Assembly (NCBI GenBank): GCA_963755915.1
Contig: CAVWLP010000003.1
Coordinates: 480,001-544,000, forward strand
Origin: an uncultured Phycisphaerales bacterium
GTDB lineage: Bacteria > Planctomycetota > Phycisphaerae > Tepidisphaerales > Tepidisphaeraceae
Length of the DNA: 64,000 nucleotides
Direction: 5' to 3'
A program made the translations under genes and the position numbers. Shown here piece after piece: positions 18,358 to 28,308 of the stretch (the first letter of the stretch is position 1; each line of letters begins with the position of its first letter). The notes under the pieces were generated by a model, which was not told where the DNA came from, did no database searches, and saw only the letters and a program-made list of their open reading frames with translations.

Positions 18358-18422
18358 ACCCGTAGCCATGAGGTGCAATATGCGGAAACCGTCCTGACCT
18401 CGTGCTCGGAATGCACTTACCC

Positions 18423-18653
18423 TCAACGGAATTCCCATTGCACAGGTCCATGAAGGTGAATGAGCGTTACTGCACCGTTTGCTGGCTCGATCTGAACGTC
18501 GATACTTCCATTGGGTTCTTCAGTCTGGCGAATGTGGAGCGGTAGGTCCATTACATGACTAACGTGGTTCTCAGACTGATGACCGGCGCTGACCTGTACG
18601 CTGCTGGGGCGAGTGCCCTTGGTATCGAAACTGATCCCCTCACCCCGTGTCAT
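18423..18653 (-). CDS. Hypothetical protein (possible DUF5335-like fragment)
   Basis: 76-aa ORF overlapping the upstream stop; weak resemblance only. Confidence 0.3.
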   Translation of the reverse strand: MTRGEGISFDTKGTRPSSVQVSAGHQSENHVSHVMDLPLHIRQTEEPNGSIDVQIEPANGAVTLIHLHGPVQWEFR

Positions 18654-18922
18654 ACATGCGAAGATGACATATCCCTCTCGCGCAGCAATTTGTCATCCTC
18701 TTGATTGCTGCTCATCGGACTGGATAGTGCTTCGCCAAACAAAACGTCCGCGACGAGTGGAAACGTGGTGAGCACGCCTACAGCCAAAAGAGTCCAACCG
18801 ACGGCTCGCTTTTGTTGGGGTTTGAACCGATCGGCGAGCAAAAGGCCAATTCCCGCGCCCGCCATCACACGAGTCCCAGCGATCAAAACTAATTCGGGTA
18901 CGCTTACGTTTCGGCGGATCAT
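18650..18922 (-). CDS. Small two-TM membrane protein
   Basis: PELVLIAGTRVMAGAGIGLLLADR..AVGWTLLAVG; AAGGAG RBS. Confidence 0.75.
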   Translation of the reverse strand: MIRRNVSVPELVLIAGTRVMAGAGIGLLLADRFKPQQKRAVGWTLLAVGVLTTFPLVADVLFGEALSSPMSSNQEDDKLLRERDMSSSHV

Positions 18923-18973
18923 TTGCGGCTCCTTTCTAAAGCCAGATCGAGTTATCCGATCCAACAATCGCGG

Positions 18974-19480
18974 TTACGACGAGCGTGCTGCCCGGGTCCG
19001 CGCCGCCTTTCTGGCAGCGATGGAACGCTCAACTGGTCCTTTCGTCCGGCTCGCTTTCTTAGCGGCGGCGGAGCGCTCGCTGCTAGTGTGATGGGCGGCA
19101 GCGGAATGTGCGTGGCGAGAAAGGGCGGTGTGAGACGCGGCGCGGCGCCCTTCGCGCTCGAGCGCCCGGACTATGGCTCGTGATCGCTTTGCCGACGCCT
19201 TACGAAGCGGCGGCGCCCCGTGGCCGAGTGTATATGCGCGCTGTGCGCTCTTTCGCGTCTTCTCGGACACCGTTCCTTTCGGCGGCGGTGGGAGGTCCAC
19301 ACCCGCTCGCCGTGCCTCAGACAGCCCGATCGCGATTGCCTGCTTCGCCGATCGCGCCCCATGTTTGCCTTCGCGAATTTGGTGTATCTCCTCACGAACG
19401 AATTCTCCCGCCTGAGTGGACGGGGCTTTGCCTTGCCGCTGATCACGTCGCGCACGATCAATAGTTGCTTTTTCAGGCAT
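18974..19480 (-). CDS. DUF6496 domain basic (putative DNA-binding) protein
   Basis: STQAGEFVREEI..SAKQAIAIGLSEARRAGV plus R/K/A-rich tail; AAGGAG RBS. Confidence 0.85.
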   Translation of the reverse strand: MPEKATIDRARRDQRQGKAPSTQAGEFVREEIHQIREGKHGARSAKQAIAIGLSEARRAGVDLPPPPKGTVSEKTRKSAQRAYTLGHGAPPLRKASAKRSRAIVRALEREGRRAASHTALSRHAHSAAAHHTSSERSAAAKKASRTKGPVERSIAARKAARTRAARSS

Positions 19481-19804
19481 AGGTCGCTCCTTTTGGTTCA
19501 GTCACATTTGATTGTATTCCCGCGATTATCGTCAAAACATGGGGAAATCCGACGCTGACATAAAATCAGCGTAAAATCGCTCTTAAGGCACGGATAAAAC
19601 ACCTGCGCACTGGTCGGCGAAATTATCAGCAACTCTACTTCGGCTGTCCGTTCGCTGGATAATTGCGCATCGAGCAACCACCAGCTAACGCCCACAAGTA
19701 AAAACAAAGACCGGCCTCAGCTACATCCAAAACTACGTCCGAGACCCGTGCGGCATGCTTCTTCGGTTATAGCGCTTCAAGCTCTGGAAACCCAGAGTGG
19801 TGGC

Positions 19805-20320
19805 TCATGAGGATGGGGGGCTTTCGTTTTGAGGATGCCGGCGAATCGCGCGTCCCTTGAAGAGCGGAATGTAAAACGCAAGGAAGAGTGCAAAAGCCAG
19901 GCCGATTGCCATTGCCGTCCATAGAACCGAAGGTGTTATCGCTTCCGCCGCCGGACGATACCGAACAATGAAATAGGTGTCGATCCAAATCAGGATGCTG
20001 CTGACCAAGCCTGGGGAGTATTCACGATAGCGCACCGTCCACCAAACATGCCAAAAGCCGTTGAATGTCCGCTCGATTGCCCAGGCGAGCGGAAACGCGA
20101 GTGCGAATCCACCGATCAAATCATATGCGATGACGCTGGTGATCATGACGACAAAATAGCCGGTGTTGAACCAGAAGAATTTGCGCCAGGAGTATTGCGG
20201 CCACCAATGCTGCCGAACTTTTTCGACAAAGCTTCCACCTAAAAGTGATTCGTCAATGACGTGGACGACGTAAGCGACCACCATGAACCAGAAGCTGAAA
20301 ATTAACGGTACGGTAATCAT
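19805..20320 (-). CDS. HXXEE-domain membrane protein
   Basis: HVIDE variant motif, NGFWH, YSPGLVSS; multiple TM helices. Confidence 0.75.
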   Translation of the reverse strand: MITVPLIFSFWFMVVAYVVHVIDESLLGGSFVEKVRQHWWPQYSWRKFFWFNTGYFVVMITSVIAYDLIGGFALAFPLAWAIERTFNGFWHVWWTVRYREYSPGLVSSILIWIDTYFIVRYRPAAEAITPSVLWTAMAIGLAFALFLAFYIPLFKGRAIRRHPQNESPPSS

Positions 20321-20994
20321 GGTCTTGAAAGATCATTGGAGCATTCGGACCAGTTCGTGTTCGCCTGGGTTGAGAAGGTGAGAAGCAACGAACGTTGGGG
20401 AGCGTCCATGGCGTCGAAATTCAGAATTGTGGTGTTTGTCAGCTCAAAAATAGCTTCCCCTTTCCGAACTACGCGCAGCGGCTGGCCCTCACTCAAATTC
20501 TCTTTGCCCGTAATGACATTCACGACAAACCTCCTGCAAGTTCGGCTAATGATGCCTGCACACGGTAACGGTGCGACGTGCATGTCGTCGTAACCACCGG
20601 GAGTCTCCTATGCACAATCCTCCGGAACGATCGCGTATTCCGCACTTCGATCGCGGCCGCCTTGTTTAGCAGCATCGCTTTCATATCCAAAATCATAGGT
20701 CACATTTCGGGAAATTACGTCGTGACATTTTGGAAACAAATTGCAAAAAATGGCCTGCGGAGTCTTTATTGCCGCTGAGATTGCATAGCAATTCAGCTTT
20801 TTTCCTTTTCTGGAACGACAATCGCCTGCATGACAGGTGTAAAGTACGACAATCGGTTTTGCTCAATCATAAAGATTGAGAACCGGAAAATTTCGCACTG
20901 GAGGGACTACATGGACTCTCTGGCGGCTTGGACCGCATTAACGCCGGACGCTCGCTAAAAGGCGAATACCCCCAGAAGATAGAGAGAGTGTGTT

Positions 20995-21114
20995 ATGAAG
21001 CAAATCCTCATGATTGAAGTTAGCCCAAGAGGGAAGGAGTCGGCGAGTCGATCGGTCGCCGATACGTTGGCGTATCCCTCACATGTTGCAATTGAAAAGA
21101 AGGGTCACGTCTGA
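20995..21114 (+). pseudogene. N-terminal remnant of FMN-dependent NADH-azoreductase (AzoR/AcpD family)
   Basis: MKQILMIEVSPRGKESASRSVADTLA then loss of similarity and stop at codon 40. Confidence 0.65.
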
Positions 21115-23963
21115 GGCTTAACCGATCCCATGCGCCCCAATTGGCTGGCGACAACGGCAGTCAGTTCGTGCGGATCGACGGGTTTGGCGACGTGCATCTG
21201 GTAGCCCGCTGCCCAGACCTTTCGTCGGTCTTCTGGCCTTGCGTAGGCGGTAAGCGCGATCGCGGGCAGTTCGCGGGCGGTATAGCCTTCGCCTTTGGCG
21301 CGGATGTGGGCAATCAGATCGTACCCATCCTGGCCGGGCATGGAGAGGTCGCTGACGATGAGGTGCGGCCGCACCTCAGTCAGAAGTTCTAGTGCGCGGC
21401 TGACCGAGTCGGCGACAGCGACCGTGGCGCCGGCTTTCTCCAGCGCGAACTTAATGACCGCGCGGGCGTCGGCTTCGTCATCGACCGTGAGGATTCGAAT
21501 GCCATCAAGACGCACCGGAGCGGGTGAACTAGCAAACGCGCCGGTGGCGCGAGCAGCGGTTGCATTGACGTTCCCGGCGTTCTCCTTTTCGTCGGCCTCT
21601 TGCGTCATCACCGCGCGGATGGGCAGGTTGACGATGAACGTCGCGCCTTTGCCCAGCCCCTCGCTTTCCGCTGATACGCTTCCGCCGTGAAGCTCGACGA
21701 TTTGGCGGACAATGGACAGGCCCAGGCCCAGCCCTCCATGCTTTCGCGTGCTGCTGCCATCCTTCTGGCGGAAGCGTTCGAACACGTGTGGCAAAAAATC
21801 GGCGGCAATGCCTTCGCCGTGATCGGTGACGGTAATGCGGGTGCTGGAATCGACGCGCTCGACGAGGACTTCAATATCGCCGACGCGCAAGCTGAACTTG
21901 ATGGCGTTGGTGAGCAGGTTCCAGATCACCTGCTGAATGCGCGTCGGATCGCAGATGATCGGACTGGCGCCGGAAATCACTTCAACCTCGATCTTGATCT
22001 CCTTGGCATCCGCGGCCTGCTGTACGGAGGCGACGGCGTCTTCGACGATCTTCGACAATTCCGCGCTCTTCATGTCGAGCCGCAATTTACCGCTGACGAT
22101 GCGCGACACGTCCAGCACGTCTTCGATGAGCTGTTGTTGCATGCGCGCGTTCCTTTCAATAACGGCGGCTGCGTCGGTGACAGATTTTTCGTCATGGGGC
22201 GCGGAGCGGAGAAGGACCGACCAGCCGAGAATTGCAGTGAGTGGCGTGCGCAGTTCATGCGACAGCGTAGCGAGAAACGTGTCCTTGGCGCGATTGGCGG
22301 CCTCGGCCTCAATGCGCAGCGACTGCTCGTTGACGAGCATCGCCTGCCGGTCGCGCTCGGCCTGCACGCGCTCGCTGACGTCGCGGATGTTCAGTTGAAT
22401 CACACGGTGGTCGGCTTCGTGATAGAGGTTGGCGACGATCTCGACAGGATGCGGGCGGCCGTTGCGGTCTTTCAGGTCGATGTCGTGGAACTTGCTGGAG
22501 CCTTGCGCAAGAAGCTCCTGCATCGCGCGGTCGTTGTCGGCGGCGCTCTTGAATATGCCGATTAGCCAGAGCGCGTTGCCGATGAAGTATTCGCGCGGCT
22601 GGTCGAGCAAGTCGAGCATGAATGGATTGACGTCATTGATGAGATGCGTCTCGGCGTGAAGAATGAAGATGCCGTCATGCGCGGCCTCGAATAGTCTGCG
22701 GTATCGAATTTCGGAATTCTTCAATGACTGCTCTGCGCGGCGGCGCTCGCTGATATCCGCAAATAGCAGCCCGACGCGCCGGCTTTCCGCGTTGCCGAGG
22801 CGGAAGGCGTAAATGTCGAACGCCTTCTCGCCGAAGGCTTTGCCTTCGTTGACGAACCGGATGGCCTTGCCCGTGAGCGCGACCTTGCCATAAAGTTCAA
22901 ACCAGTAGGGTTCGTGGTCGGGCACGAGTTCGCGGATTCGTTTGCCGACGGAACTGGGCAATCCTGTCTGCTTTTCAAACGCTGGGTTGGTGGCGAGAAA
23001 ACGATAATCCTGAGCATTGCCGCGGTCGTCAAAGATCAGGTCGATGACGCAGAAACCTTCTTCGCTGGAGTTGAAGAGTGTGCGGCATTGGTCCTCACTC
23101 TGCGCGAGAAGGCGCTCGGCGGCGCGGCGGTCGGTAATGTCGTGGAAGACCATCACCACGCCGGTGATCTGACCGTTCTCGTCGCGGATGGGGGCGGCGC
23201 TGTCGTCGATCGGGCGCTCGCTGCCGTCTTTGGCAATGAGCACCGTGTGATTCGCGAGGCCGACGATCCCGCCGAGCCGGATCGCTTTAGTGACCGGGCT
23301 TTCGACGAGCTTGCGGGATTCCTCATTGACGATGTTGAAGACTTCATGGACGGGTTTGCCTTGGGCACCCTGCACTCGCCAGCCGGTCATGGTTTCCGCG
23401 ATCGGGTTCATGTAAATGACGCGGGCATTGGCATCGGTGGCGATGACGGCATCGCCGATGCTGGCGAGCGTGGTCTGGAACCACATCTTCTGCCGCGCAA
23501 TCTCAAGTTCGGCGTGACGGCGATCCGTGACGTCTTCGATCGCGAGAAGGATGAGCGGCGGCGTTTCCGGGCCATCGTGCAATCGACGGGCGTTGAGGAA
23601 CATGATGCGCCGGCCGATGTCGGGAAAATCGTGCTCGACCTGGTAATCGTCAAAGTGGCCGTTGCCGGGCAACAATTTATCGAGCAACTCACGCAACGCC
23701 GGGATATCCCACTGGCCGTTGCCGAGATCGTAGATCAGCCGATTGAGCGTTTGTTCCGGCGTAGTATTAAATGTCTGGTAGAACGATGGGCTTGCTACAA
23801 TGACCCGCAGGTCCGAATCCAATACCAGCAACGGCTCGCGCACGGTCTGTACGATTTCGTTACTGTAGTTGTGGGGAATCACATTGATAAGAGATGATAT
23901 CAGCGTCGGAATGCGGTAGTCAACGGCAATTCCTAGGAGTGCCGACGACCTAAATGAGCCCAA
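21105..23963 (-). CDS. Multi-PAS hybrid sensor histidine kinase with receiver domain (start uncertain)
   Basis: Several PAS repeats, H-box FLATLSHELRTPL, NLLTNAIKF, DHGEG, GGLGLGL, REC VDDEAD..SDLSMP..KP. Confidence 0.92.
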   Translation of the reverse strand: MGSFRSSALLGIAVDYRIPTLISSLINVIPHNYSNEIVQTVREPLLVLDSDLRVIVASPSFYQTFNTTPEQTLNRLIYDLGNGQWDIPALRELLDKLLPGNGHFDDYQVEHDFPDIGRRIMFLNARRLHDGPETPPLILLAIEDVTDRRHAELEIARQKMWFQTTLASIGDAVIATDANARVIYMNPIAETMTGWRVQGAQGKPVHEVFNIVNEESRKLVESPVTKAIRLGGIVGLANHTVLIAKDGSERPIDDSAAPIRDENGQITGVVMVFHDITDRRAAERLLAQSEDQCRTLFNSSEEGFCVIDLIFDDRGNAQDYRFLATNPAFEKQTGLPSSVGKRIRELVPDHEPYWFELYGKVALTGKAIRFVNEGKAFGEKAFDIYAFRLGNAESRRVGLLFADISERRRAEQSLKNSEIRYRRLFEAAHDGIFILHAETHLINDVNPFMLDLLDQPREYFIGNALWLIGIFKSAADNDRAMQELLAQGSSKFHDIDLKDRNGRPHPVEIVANLYHEADHRVIQLNIRDVSERVQAERDRQAMLVNEQSLRIEAEAANRAKDTFLATLSHELRTPLTAILGWSVLLRSAPHDEKSVTDAAAVIERNARMQQQLIEDVLDVSRIVSGKLRLDMKSAELSKIVEDAVASVQQAADAKEIKIEVEVISGASPIICDPTRIQQVIWNLLTNAIKFSLRVGDIEVLVERVDSSTRITVTDHGEGIAADFLPHVFERFRQKDGSSTRKHGGLGLGLSIVRQIVELHGGSVSAESEGLGKGATFIVNLPIRAVMTQEADEKENAGNVNATAARATGAFASSPAPVRLDGIRILTVDDEADARAVIKFALEKAGATVAVADSVSRALELLTEVRPHLIVSDLSMPGQDGYDLIAHIRAKGEGYTARELPAIALTAYARPEDRRKVWAAGYQMHVAKPVDPHELTAVVASQLGRMGSVKPQT

Positions 23964-24125
23964 CCTCGCCTTCAGAAAGACCGGATCGAATCACCGATCG
24001 CCCTCTCCCTCCACCACCTGTACGCCGAGTGATGCTGCGAAAGGTCGTCTTTGTGCTATCGCATCCGCAATCGCTGCCGATGTGGGACTTTATGAGCCGA
24101 TGACGGCCGTGCTGCCAATTCTTTT

Positions 24126-24731
24126 CTATCGCGATGTTGCCCAGCTATCAGGTGTCAGCTTTGGAATCGCCTCTGATTGCATCCCGTCCCAATTTCTCGT
24201 GGCAATCAAAGACTGCAATTTCGTCGTAGGAGTCTGTGGATCAAGCCATGCGGCGCAGTCCTCGTCGAGCAAGATCGCCGGCATTCGGTGGTGGATTGGC
24301 TGCATGAAGTCGTTGGGGGCGCAGGTAATCATCGTCATCGTGTCGCCCGACCAAAGCCCCGCGAAACAAAACAGTCGATCATCGGAGAAGTGAATCAGCG
24401 TCGGTTGCTTGTTCGGCCACTCATAGAAACCATCGGTGGGGATCAAACACCGACGATGCTTGAACGATTCTCGAAACGTCGGCTTGACCGCCACGGTTTC
24501 ACCCGCGGCGTTGAAGATTCGTTTTGATTTGTCCCACGGCGCGAGAAATCCCCATTCGGCCACGGCCAATTTTCGCTGGCTACCATCGAACGTCACAATA
24601 GGCACTCGTTGTGAGATCGAGATGTTCAGGCGTGGCCGCTCCGAAAATTCCTCGAATAGCTCGGTCACCCTCAGACCGAGCAATTCCGCGATGTGACGGA
24701 GCGAAAGTTTCAAACGGTAGCGAGCGCACAT
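24126..24731 (-). CDS. SOS response-associated peptidase (SRAP/YedK/HMCES family)
   Basis: MCARY (Cys2), WGF, FNAAGET, RRCLIPTDGFYEW, FAGLW, IHHRMPAIL. Confidence 0.92.
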   Translation of the reverse strand: MCARYRLKLSLRHIAELLGLRVTELFEEFSERPRLNISISQRVPIVTFDGSQRKLAVAEWGFLAPWDKSKRIFNAAGETVAVKPTFRESFKHRRCLIPTDGFYEWPNKQPTLIHFSDDRLFCFAGLWSGDTMTMITCAPNDFMQPIHHRMPAILLDEDCAAWLDPQTPTTKLQSLIATRNWDGMQSEAIPKLTPDSWATSR

Positions 24732-24778
24732 TGCGCATTGATGATAGCATTGCGACGGCAAAGTTCAGCGCATAAACG

Positions 24779-24813
24779 AGGTCCGGTCGGGGAACGGATG
24801 CCCGACCGGACCT
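24779..24813 (-). terminator. Perfect 13-bp hairpin, possible terminator
   Basis: AGGTCCGGTCGGG / CCCGACCGGACCT just after the stop at 24827; T tract weak. Confidence 0.5.
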
Positions 24814-24826
24814 GCGATGTTGACCG

Positions 24827-25093
24827 CTATTTCGATACTTCCTGCGGCCGCTGCTGCTGACTGAGTGCGACGATCCGGCCGTGGGCCTGGTCGGCGACTT
24901 TCGCCAGCACCAGCAAGTCGTCGCGGCCGAAGCTCTCGGTGCTCCGCCAGCCTTTCTCCTCATCGCGGTAGATCCGCTGGAACGTGACGTTGAAACGCGG
25001 GCCGCCTTCGGTTTCGTTCTTCCAGATGGCGGCTTTCACGCTGCCGATCCGAACTTCCTCGACGGGCTTGTTGGTGGATTTCTGCTTCGCCAT
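24827..25093 (-). CDS. Small conserved protein, putative PC4-like ssDNA-binding fold (paralog of 3723..4019)
   Basis: GAGGAG RBS; VRIGSVKAAIWKN..VTFQRIYRD..WRSTESFGRDDLLVLAK. Confidence 0.8.
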   Translation of the reverse strand: MAKQKSTNKPVEEVRIGSVKAAIWKNETEGGPRFNVTFQRIYRDEEKGWRSTESFGRDDLLVLAKVADQAHGRIVALSQQQRPQEVSK

Positions 25094-25112
25094 AAAAAGC
25101 TCCTCTTTTAAA

Positions 25113-25330
25113 AAGGGTTTGGTTGTTCCGTTCGCAAGGCGATTGACGGACAAACGAACCCTTGAAGGGGCTGGCCGCCGGGGCGCAGTGGAGCGCCGGA
25201 AGCGACGGGCCAAAGGCCAAAGCGACAGTGAATGACACGCGGATCGCGGTCCGCGCAGCGGCGATGCAATCGAGCGATCCGCGTGGCGTGAGCGTCGCAC
25301 AGGAGCGACCAGAGCGCAGCGGAGAACCGG
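25113..25330 (+). promoter_or_regulatory. Second structured non-coding region, putative ssi/ssDNA-promoter
   Basis: Hairpin AAGGGTT..AACCCTT (25113-25163), perfect stem CACGCGGATCGC/GCGATCCGCGTG (25236-25285), GGAAGCG, GTGAGCG and GAGCGCAGCGG motifs. Confidence 0.5.
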
Positions 25331-25700
25331 CGGAGTTTTGGCGAAAGGCGGGAATCCACATATACCCGGCGCGGGGGCGAATCGGCTGCTTGCCGCCTGG
25401 GTGAACGAATCGAGGGTGGTCGTTCTACGTCATGTGCTGGAATCTGCGCAATACCAGGCAAAGGCTGGCATGGAAGCTCGCGGTCGGCAGATTGCTGAGG
25501 ATTGGCGGTTCGCCGACGGGTTGGCCAACGGATCGACGCTTGGGGCAGCGGGCGGCGGGAAGTAGCGGTCAATATTGCGGTCGGTCGAATGGGCCTTTGC
25601 CGCGACTTCGCACCGTGCAATTAGCCTAATTCGGAATTAGGGAATATTGATCAAAAGTACATTCCTGCCATTCAGAATGGAGCGACCCTAAAGCAGCGAG

Positions 25701-27861
25701 TCATGGCAACTCGGTCGCATTGAGATCAATCCAAGTTTTGCCGCCATCAGTGGTTTGCAGTAGTGTTCGGACGCGAGAATCTTCGTTGCGGAGGAAGGCC
25801 CAGCCGCAGTCGCGATCGGCGAAATCGAGTCGCTCGATGTCCTGCCCATGCGCGAGGCAATCCTGCAACGCCGCATCGGCATTGATTTTTGACCACGTTT
25901 TCCCTCCGTCTTCGGTGTTCCAGAAATTTCCAGTGACTGACTTAGGCGACCATGAATAGGAAAAGTTAGAGGCCCACACCCAGCCGACTTTTGTGTTGGC
26001 AAAGGCGATGACGCCGTTGACCACGTTAAATGGCGTCGTCGGCCGCCATGTCTGACCTCCGTCCTGCGTGCCGTAGATGATAGTCCACGGACCGGAATCG
26101 TATAAACTATCCCCATTGCGATAGAGTCGTGCGGTTAAGATTGCATTCTTCTTGGCAGCGTCGAAGAAAATCGGGAGCGCCGTGGGCTCAATCTGCTCAT
26201 CCTGAGGAAGACCAGCGGGCAGCGTGAGCGGTTGAAGCTTCCACGTGCGGCCCCCGTCGTGCGTCATCGCCAGGGAGACAGGTCCCGTAGTCGTATCAGA
26301 CCCGACGAGCCAGCCCGTGAACGCATCGCGAAAGATAATCGCGCCACTGTGTGGAAGGTAATCGTTAGTGCTAGCCACCTCGCGCCATGTGGCGCCAGCG
26401 TCCTTGGTTCGGAAGAGTGTTCCCGGGGAAGAACTCATACCATGATCAGGCCCAAGCATAAGCCAACCGTGGTTCTTGTCCGAAAACGTGAGGTTGGATT
26501 CTTCCAAGTCTGAGACTCTCGGAGCGGTGAAATCGTCCCCGCTCCAATGCTCGCCGCCGTCGGTTGTGCGGCGAAAATGCACGGTGGCGCTTTCATTTTT
26601 GACATATGCGATCCAGGCAGTGCTGGAATCCCGGAACACTGAATTGCACGTCGCGAATGCAATGCCGCAATCCATGATTGGCCCGGACGGCGCGATTTTC
26701 TTCCACGTCCTTCCGCCATCCGCTGTTCTTAATATCTCAAAATCAGTTTCGGCCCAGCCATTTTCGCGATCCACGAAATGAATGGTATAAAAGTCGGGAA
26801 TATGCGGAGGTGAATAAGAATCATCTTCTCCGGCGTGGAACCATTCGGGAAGAACAATCTTGCGCCGGCAGGCACCGCCGCGGTAAGAAAAGGATTCAAT
26901 GCGATTAGCGCTTTGCTGGCAGCCTGAGATGTTTTTGTATTCCGGCCATTGCCATCGGGGACGATCGGAACATCCGAGCAACGGTGAGCCAATCGACGGA
27001 GAAAATCCTTCAACGGCTCAGTTTTGGAGGCGATCACGTAGCACGGACCTTGGCGTCGGAACGCCCCCGGCATATATCTTCAGGCGAAATGCCATCCGCC
27101 AGACCGCCGGAATCGGCGATTGCGGGGACCATTGTTCGGCAGATCGTCAATGACGGATGATCGGGTGTATCCAGCTCTCCGCCCTCCAGCCCCCAATCAT
27201 CCTTGGTGAGCAGCGTAAAGGTGAGCTTCACGGGCGAAGATGGATCATTCTTCCATGTGACGTCGGCCTCCACCGAATCAGCAATGTATTCCGACGCCCC
27301 CGAACAGCCGCTGGAACCAACAGGGCCTTCGCCCAGGAGATGCCAACGATGTTTGCCATCGCAGAGGAGGAAAATGTTGCGCGTCTGCGTGATGCTCCCG
27401 CTTCCTTCCGCGGGCGAAGAATTCCAATGAACTTGATAGACGACGCCACGCACAGGGTCACGCGCGATAATCATCGGCTGCGGATCGACAAATCGCGTGT
27501 AGAGAAAAGCAGGACCTTCCGTTTTGTCCCAGTAATTGTGCGCATCCAACAGAAAGCAGGCGGGAGTTGCGCGAGCAATTTGCAGATCGTAGGCGCGGTT
27601 CATCGTGAACTCGACTTTGCCGGATTCATCGTGCGTGATCCAGAGCATATCTCTGTCGCGCCACACGAACTTCGGGTTGGTAAGGCGAGCCAGAGCGTCG
27701 AACGATTCCGCCTGTTGACGGATTTTCAGTCCATTGTCCAATTTATCAACTGCGGTGACAGAAGGCTGAGTTATTGCCGGTCTCGGCACATCATCGGCCA
27801 ACGCGGCCATTGTCGGGAGAAGCAAAAGAATTGAAAGCGGGAAAATCCAGTGTCTCGACAT
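25701..27861 (-). CDS. Secreted protein: unknown N-domain + LysM-like segment + BNR/Asp-box beta-propeller (reconstructed across 2 frameshifts)
   Basis: Signal peptide MSRHWIFPLSILLLLPTMAALA; ORFs 27034.., 26729.. and 25701.. join with two single-base insertions (2161+2 nt = 721 codons); seven T-x-D-[GA]-G-x-x-W Asp boxes. Confidence 0.65.
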
Positions 27862-27984
27862 TTCGCACCATCCTTGGTGAATTCGAGCTTCCTTGCTCAC
27901 CGTTCCATTGTCATCGGTTTAGGATATCTCGACGGTCTATAAATTGCACTTTGCTGGCCGATCTCTGTGATATAATAAAAACCG

Positions 27985-28305
27985 ATGACCGCGCAACTGA
28001 CAGAGCGAGACTCATACTCGTGGCAAGGCAATCTTGCGGCAGCAGCGTTATTTATAATGGTCATCGCTGCGGTTAATTCATGCCTCGTGTGGAAGGCCGA
28101 CAAAGGATTTGGTGTTTGGCTGTGGATTTTTATTTTTGCCCCTCTGACGAATCTGCTTTTGATGTTTCTCGGTGTGGCCTTCCGCCACCTGATGCGCCGA
28201 ATGTTTATGGCAAGAATTTCGTCTTTTGTCTTGGTAGCAACCTGCGGTTGCGGCATAGCCGTCCTGGTAGACGCGCTGGCGATTCTTGTTCGTGCAATGA
28301 AATAG
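27985..28305 (+). CDS. Small membrane protein (3 TM)
   Basis: 106-aa hydrophobic ORF filling the gap between two minus-strand genes. Confidence 0.55.
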   Translation: MTAQLTERDSYSWQGNLAAAALFIMVIAAVNSCLVWKADKGFGVWLWIFIFAPLTNLLLMFLGVAFRHLMRRMFMARISSFVLVATCGCGIAVLVDALAILVRAMK

Positions 28306-28308
28306 ACC

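Larger units (their letters stand above)
15739..18383 (+). mobile_element. Large serine recombinase mobile element (DUF5372 + small ORF + recombinase)
   Basis: TGC repeated at 15739-15741 and 18381-18383; joining the ends gives imperfect palindrome GAGGTGCAATAT-GC-CAACTGCACATC (8/12 symmetric), as expected for an attP. Confidence 0.8.

Noticed and set aside
20317-20583. 88-aa ORF upstream of the HXXEE gene
   Set aside because: No RBS or recognisable motif; lies in a decayed region.
25338-25565. 75-aa plus-strand ORF
   Set aside because: TTG start, no RBS or motif; adjoins structured non-coding DNA.
25701-26981. Stand-alone BNR lipoprotein starting MLGC
   Set aside because: No proper signal peptide or RBS; the overlapping frame matches the paralog, favouring a frameshifted fusion.
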